Below, piece by piece: positions 13,201 through 64,000 of a stretch of DNA of 64,000 bases (position 1 is its first letter; each line of letters begins with the position of its first letter). The position numbers and the translations under genes are program-made. The notes beneath the pieces were generated by a model. That model searched no databases and was not told the origin of the DNA. It worked only from the letters and a program-made list of their open reading frames with translations. This DNA is from Balanoglossus misakiensis (taxonomy: Eukaryota; Animalia; Hemichordata), in contig CM082580.2 in the NCBI GenBank assembly GCA_040954595.2, positions 6,951,519 to 7,015,518 of the forward strand, read 5' to 3'.

Positions 13201-13473
13201 GGTTATGAGAAATGACAAGACTATACTTTCATATGAGCTCAACGTCAAAGCTTTCTAAAGTGTATAGATTCTTACATTTCTGGTAGAAGCCACTTTCCTT
13301 ACATCACATACTCCAGTATTACGCACACCATGACTGTGAAGAGGGTCAAATGGCAGCACCAATCCAGGGGTCAAAGTTCAAGTTCAGAGGCATCCAGTGT
13401 TGTGCTCAAGCTGGCCAGCTGCAGTGCTGATCACTCTGTCAGGATATTTGATGTGGACATCACAAAACTCTGA
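7296..13473 (+). CDS. ELP2: Elongator complex protein 2 (WD40 double propeller), complete, 18 exons, 845 aa
   Basis: Phase-consistent exons: 7296-7421, 7733-7900, 8012-8261, 8425-8556, 8921-9094, 9383-9478, 9631-9731, 9994-10131, 10301-10456, 10573-10674, 10881-10970, 11145-11298, 11514-11644, 11876-12068, 12323-12444, 12726-12871, 12969-13070, 13317-13473 (2538 nt total). Signature peptides: [122 protein letters not shown]. Confidence 0.97.
13071..13316 (+). other. U12-type (minor spliceosome) GT-AG intron, last intron of ELP2
   Basis: 5' splice site GTATCCTT; branch site TTTCCTTAC at 13294-13302 with the A about 15 nt from the 3' end; no long polypyrimidine tract; splicing restores the frame ([15 protein letters not shown]). 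Confidence 0.88.
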
Positions 13474-13479
13474 TTATTT

Positions 13480-13485
13480 AATAAA
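13480..13485 (+). terminator. ELP2 proximal AATAAA (a second one lies at 13838-13843)
   Basis: Canonical hexamers 7 nt and about 365 nt after the stop codon. Confidence 0.4.
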
Positions 13486-13536
13486 ATTACTGGAAGAGAG
13501 AATCCAAGCTCTATTAACCACTGGACAGAGCAAAAT

Positions 13537-13586
13537 GATATTTTTAAAGAGTATCAACAGATATTTTTAAAGAATATCAACAGATA
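13537..13586. repeat. 23-bp direct tandem duplication downstream of the ELP2 stop
   Basis: GATATTTTTAAAGAGTATCAACA followed by GATATTTTTAAAGAATATCAACA (1 mismatch), then GATA. Confidence 0.85.
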
Positions 13587-15829
13587 GACCTTGCGTTGTC
13601 CACATTTACACAGATCCAACTTCTTACAATGAAGCAGAGCCTTGTCTGGCTGGTTATCATGGTTATGCGTAAAGTGACTGTTTAAGAGGTCATTGACCTC
13701 ACAGATACTGTTACTCGGAGGCCATTACGGAGCGAACTGCTGTCATTTATTACAATCTAAAAGTAATAGCTTCTTATTTATCAGAGGTATTGTCAATGAC
13801 TTTGTGCTGTTTCTTAATGTCGCGCCGATGATGGTGTAATAAAACACGGATGCAGAGAAAAGGGAAAATGGTTATTTTTATCGGTGAAAGTGACGTTGAC
13901 GCGTGTGATGAATGAATGAACCGGGCCTGCTACATTGAATTCTCCATGGAAGCCTGGGTATTCAACTGAAGGCAAGAAGTTGCAAGTGTTTCCATGGAAA
14001 CTAGGGTGTTTTTTTTAAATACACTATTATTGCTTTCCTCAGAAAAACGTCTGTGAATTGTGCGTGATGAATCCATAGTTCGTAATCTGATCAATAGTGT
14101 CGGTGAATTTTCACTGAAGCTGACAGGTGTCCGTGTCACTGTTTTCCAATGTTGTACTCAGACTCTGTTGTGTTGTTAAGTGAAATGAAGCCTGAAATTG
14201 CTTTCATAAAAATGTGATCGCTGCAAACCTGACGTAATTGATTGAAACACACCTCCAGAAGGAAAATCAGCTTTTATCAAGTTATTGCCAGTCTGCAGCT
14301 CACAGAGTACACTTGTGAGCATGACGATCATTGTGAATAAAGGATAATTTCTCTGGGTCCTTTTAAAAATACAGCAAATTTATTAACATTTTATTATGTC
14401 CTTGTTTTCAGACCACACACTAGATCAATTTAAGCAGAAAACGAGATGCTTTTATTTCTTCAAGGCTCAGACATATTGTTAACGTAATTACTTTTTGATT
14501 AAAATTTAACTGTGTACACAGCTACACTCATTAATAATAGTTACCGTTTCTTAATGTCACCGAGAACGTAGAAGTCACACTAAAGGCTGACAACGGATCT
14601 GAAAATTTAGAAACCATGGCAACACCTGTTGACTTTTGCTATGTTTCGTTCTGTTTACTAATTGTTAGGAAAATTTACAGGATCTAGTTCCATTCACAGG
14701 TTCCAAAACGTCAAATATGCATGAAATGAACAACTAGGAAGAAAAAAATCTTGTAAACTCAGTAAAAAAGGCACACTTACAAATGAGAAATCAGGAAATT
14801 AAAAGAAAACATTAAAAAATCATGTGAACCAACTGTCAAAATATTACATCCTTTTAGGCAAAATGACTGAAAAAGATCAATATTTGGATGCAAAAGTAAA
14901 AATTCATGCACCTATTGATATTTGAAATTTTTAGACACATTGATACAACTACGAGAATGTCTGAAGGTGGGACAAATGTGTGAAACTTTTGTGTGCCAAC
15001 ATTTTTGGTAAAATTATGATTTATCAAAATATTCATTGTTGTCTATGTAAATATCCAACAGCTGTCAGCTTCTAGAAATCAATTTCAATATTAAACTGAG
15101 AGTCCACTTCAGAAATCCTGATTTATCATTTCTGACATTGATCTTGTTTTAATAACTCAAAACAGTTCTGAGCCCTCATAATATCCATTTCAAATCATGT
15201 CTGTTTACAATTTCAAAAAGAGCATTTCTGTGACATTTGCCAAAGATATCACAGTGTGTTTGCACAATCAATAATGTGCAAATAAATTGTGAGAATCCAC
15301 GTAAATCACTTCTTACAGTAATAGTGTGAATGTAATTATTGTGACACTCTAAATGGACTTTTGTTGGTTATGCGAGTGGTGGCTGCTTTGCATGTTTGCC
15401 TGGAATTTTGGATTAATTTCTACCAGTTGAGCTCTTCAGGAGGCATGATGCTAAATTTAGATTTGAGAAAAGCCTACTTTTTCTGTATCAGAGGGAATTC
15501 ACTTTAATTAATCTTTTGGGGAATGGATGATTAAAGAAAAAGACAAAAGTGAAATAATCAAATCTTTAAATACAAAAGTGTTTCCCTTTGCGTCATTTAT
15601 ATAGTCCATATCAGTATTTGCATTTATTTATTTAGTTTAATTCAGTGATATACATGTATTCAGTTTTAGTTTACAATTCATAAGGTTATCCGGGATATAT
15701 GACGTAATAATCGCTGTTACTTCAAAGAACACGTGAAACAGACCATTTCCAATTACACCATGCGTCATAGCATCTCCTTGGTGGGGTGGGAGTGTCGCTT
15801 TCTTCGGTTTACCCACAATGCACCATTGT

Positions 15830-15915
15830 TTATTCATTCAAAATGGCGACCAGCCAAAGAGTTTGAGAGCAGCGATTTTCGTCGCGCTAAGTTTTAGGGA
15901 GAACACGCTTCTAGG
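15830..15915 (+). promoter_or_regulatory. Probable HECW main promoter and non-coding first exon
   Basis: CpG-rich patch; Inr-like TCATTC at 15834; YY1-like CAAAATGGCG at 15839; strong donor AGG|GTGAGT at 15916; plausible acceptor TTTTGTAG at 17433. A second possible 5'UTR donor (AA|GTATGT) lies at 16230. Confidence 0.55.
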
Positions 15916-16877
15916 GTGAGTGTTGAAAAATCCAAAAGACCCTTTTTCATGCATGTGGTCTCCTTTAGCTTTTCTCAATGTATGATGGCTATAGCACCAC
16001 GCGATCACGAGAAATCGCACTTTTCTCGGCATCTACCAAACCTGACTTGACCATAAATTATGACGATTGACGGAGTGCAAGAGACAGGTTGAGTGTGTGT
16101 GTTGTGGTGTACGAAGCGAAGGTAAATAAAAGGATCGAGGTTATTTTTTCATTTATTGTCCCAATGACGCAAACGGCTGATGCGCAATATACAGAGAAAG
16201 TGGTGTCGATTTGACGGCTCTTCGAATAAGTATGTACACTTTCAAAGATTTGACCTGCTGTCTCAACTGTGTCCATGCGTTGTACACATACCCCGGTCAA
16301 TATTACGCTTATAGTTTAGAGGTACCTCCATTTTTCGAACGATAAAGATAAAAAAAATCTATATACAGGTAGTGTTCCATTCTCCTCATGTTTAATATTT
16401 ATCTCGCCTTGAATCAAATCCACCGACGGATGAAACGAACGCAAAATAAACGGACCACCATTGTGCATGATTGCATATGCCTGAGTGAATCACTGAATGA
16501 CGTGTTTACAAGATTACCTGTCCGGCGGAAAATAAGCAAAAGTTCCAGGAAGTTGCACTTGGGAACATTGAAGTTGATTGCATAACCGTGAAATGTTTGA
16601 CGCCGGTACAGCAATTAGAAGGTGAAAAGAAGTAGGTCACAGCCCTACGAGATGTACATATCAATTTACGAGCGGTGCAAACCGCAAGGCTATATAGTGA
16701 ACACCACAAAAATGCCGGACAAATTCATCAGTCATTGCAACTTTCAAAGAGCAGGCATGGACATCCAGCAGGAAGACAATCAAAGTTGGTACATAAATAC
16801 CAAATCACTCGCCTGTCCTGGGGCAGAGACATTTGGGGCGTGTACCAGGCAGGGGGGCGTGGCACTAAACTTGGTGG

Positions 16878-17158
16878 CATTGTTTACAGAAATAACTGTT
16901 TACAGTTGCCCTTGGCAATAGGTTGCCACTTGCATTGAATGGTATAATTTGCATATAACTGTTAACAGTTTTCCTTGCATTGAATGGCTTTGTTTTTCAA
17001 AATAACTTTTTGACACTTTCAGTGGATTGAATGGTTGTATTTGCATAAATCACTTGACACTTGCAGTTGCATTGAATGACTATATTTGCATAAATCACTT
17101 GACACTTGCAGAACATTGAATGGTTTTATTTGCATAAATAACTGTTCACAGTTTTCCT
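16878..17158. repeat. Minisatellite, about 45-bp unit, 5 full copies plus 1 degenerate copy
   Basis: Units start near 16932, 16977, 17024, 17069 and 17113; consensus approximately GCATTGAATGGTTNTATTTGCATAAATNACTTGACACTTGCAGTT. Confidence 0.88.
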
Positions 17159-17538
17159 CACTAGGTCAAACCTGTCTTATTATTGCAGATGAAAGGTCAT
17201 GACCCCAATTCCAGAATCAATCGTTTTGAATGAGAAAAGGGACTCCTTCTTCCTGTAATTGTTATAATTTCTGCTCAGAAAGACTGCTTTCATTCAAACA
17301 TTTAACCAAGAGGCAATTACCATATGTTCAAGTGAGTGAGGAAATTGTCCTCTGTCCTTTTCCCCATATTCGATAAAAATCATTCTTGTGTAAGATTTCG
17401 AAGGAGTAAACAATATCTTATCTGCTTTTGTAGGATTAATGAAATAAAAGGAAGTCTGTTCGGGATATATTGCGCTGCAGTTCCTACCATGCTTTCTGGG
17501 ATCCTGAACCAGTGGACTTACACAGAAACTGCCTTCCT

Positions 17539-64000
<46,462 letters not shown>

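Noticed and set aside
13905-14123. Two box C/D snoRNA-like arrangements (GTGATGA...CTGA)
   Set aside because: No terminal stems, not intronic, and no rRNA/snRNA guide I can recognise; such short boxes occur by chance.
16878-17158. CRISPR-like repeat array
   Set aside because: Whole units are similar with no unique spacers, there are no cas genes, and the context is eukaryotic; it is a minisatellite.

Overview
Intron-rich, AT-rich animal genomic DNA; an invertebrate deuterostome is my guess from the HECW/ELP2 exon structure, but the sequence alone does not prove it. I rebuilt the exon chains by hand and checked that the intron phases agree. Gene order: (1) the 5' part of DHX8/PRP22 on the minus strand, 9 exons, running off the left edge; (2) two tandem intronless GNAT acetyltransferases resembling bacterial YiaC, sitting in the divergent gap between DHX8 and ELP2 (candidate horizontal transfer plus old duplication); (3) a complete 18-exon ELP2 gene (845 aa) whose last intron is U12-type; (4) a HECW1/2-family (NEDD4-like C2-WW-HECT) E3 ligase gene, at least 23 coding exons, running off the right edge. 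The HECW introns hold two candidate alternative first exons. One encodes an MGCxxT myristoylation/palmitoylation N-terminus. The other would give a C2-less isoform that begins with its own PPxY motif. The window also has TTAA-flanked MITE-like repeats, a Sox/octamer-bearing minisatellite and several hairpins. No rRNA, tRNA or CRISPR array was found.
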